A program made the position numbers and the translations under genes. A DNA stretch of 7,427 nt from a virus (lineage: Duplodnaviria; Heunggongvirae; Uroviricota; Caudoviricetes): the IMG/VR virus record IMGVR_UViG_2740892035_000002; one strand, written 5' to 3'. Under the pieces are notes generated by a model, which had not been told where the DNA came from, searched no databases, and saw nothing but the letters and a program-made list of their open reading frames with translations. Below are positions 7,209 to 7,427 of the stretch, one piece after another (the first letter of the stretch is position 1; each line of letters begins with the position of its first letter).

Positions 7209-7427
7209 ATGTTTCATTGTCCTTTATGCCAGCATGCCGCACATGCGCGTACAAGTCGCTATATCACTGACACGACAAAAGAGCGTTATCACCAGTGCCA
7301 GAACGTGAATTGCAGCGCCACGTTCATCACTTATGAGTCGGTACAGAGATACATCGTGAAGCCGGGAGAAGTCCACGCCGTAAGACCGCACCCGTTGCCG
7401 TCAGGGCAGCAAATTATGTGGATGTAA
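7209..7427 (+). CDS. ogr: Late transcription activator Ogr (Cys4 zinc-finger protein, Ogr/Delta family)
   Basis: 72 aa MFHCPLCQHAAHARTSRYITDTTKERYHQCQNVNCSATF... with Cys-X2-Cys-X22-Cys-X4-Cys; GGAAGAGG 8-9 nt upstream of ATG 7209. The track ORF from 7134 starts at TTG with no RBS and ATG 7173 also lacks one. Stop TAA is the last codon of the window. Confidence 0.88.
   Translation: MFHCPLCQHAAHARTSRYITDTTKERYHQCQNVNCSATFITYESVQRYIVKPGEVHAVRPHPLPSGQQIMWM

Noticed and set aside
1-7427. CRISPR arrays, tRNA/rRNA genes, IS elements or long direct repeats
   Set aside because: None seen on reading the sequence: no regularly spaced repeats, no tRNA-like cloverleaf candidates in the short intergenic gaps, no transposase-like ORFs.

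Overview
This window reads as the tail-morphogenesis end of a P2-like (Peduovirus-type) phage or prophage, all on the + strand: a Hin/Gin/Cin/Pin-family serine DNA invertase, then tail sheath (FI), tail tube (FII), the E / E+E' chaperone pair with a -1 frameshift, tape measure (T), U, D and the zinc-finger late activator Ogr. Gene order, lengths and protein sequences match the P2 FETUD operon plus ogr as I recall them; no database search was run. The one accessory element is the invertase with a hix/gix/cix-like 26-bp crossover site 55 bp upstream of it, which implies an invertible tail-fibre (host-range) segment just left of the window. I do not see a convincing previously undescribed system here: intergenic gaps are 12-82 bp, every long antisense or alternate-frame ORF is better explained as an artefact of the GC-rich coding strand, and there is no CRISPR array, tRNA or IS element. 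The findings are therefore mostly known biology, scored accordingly.
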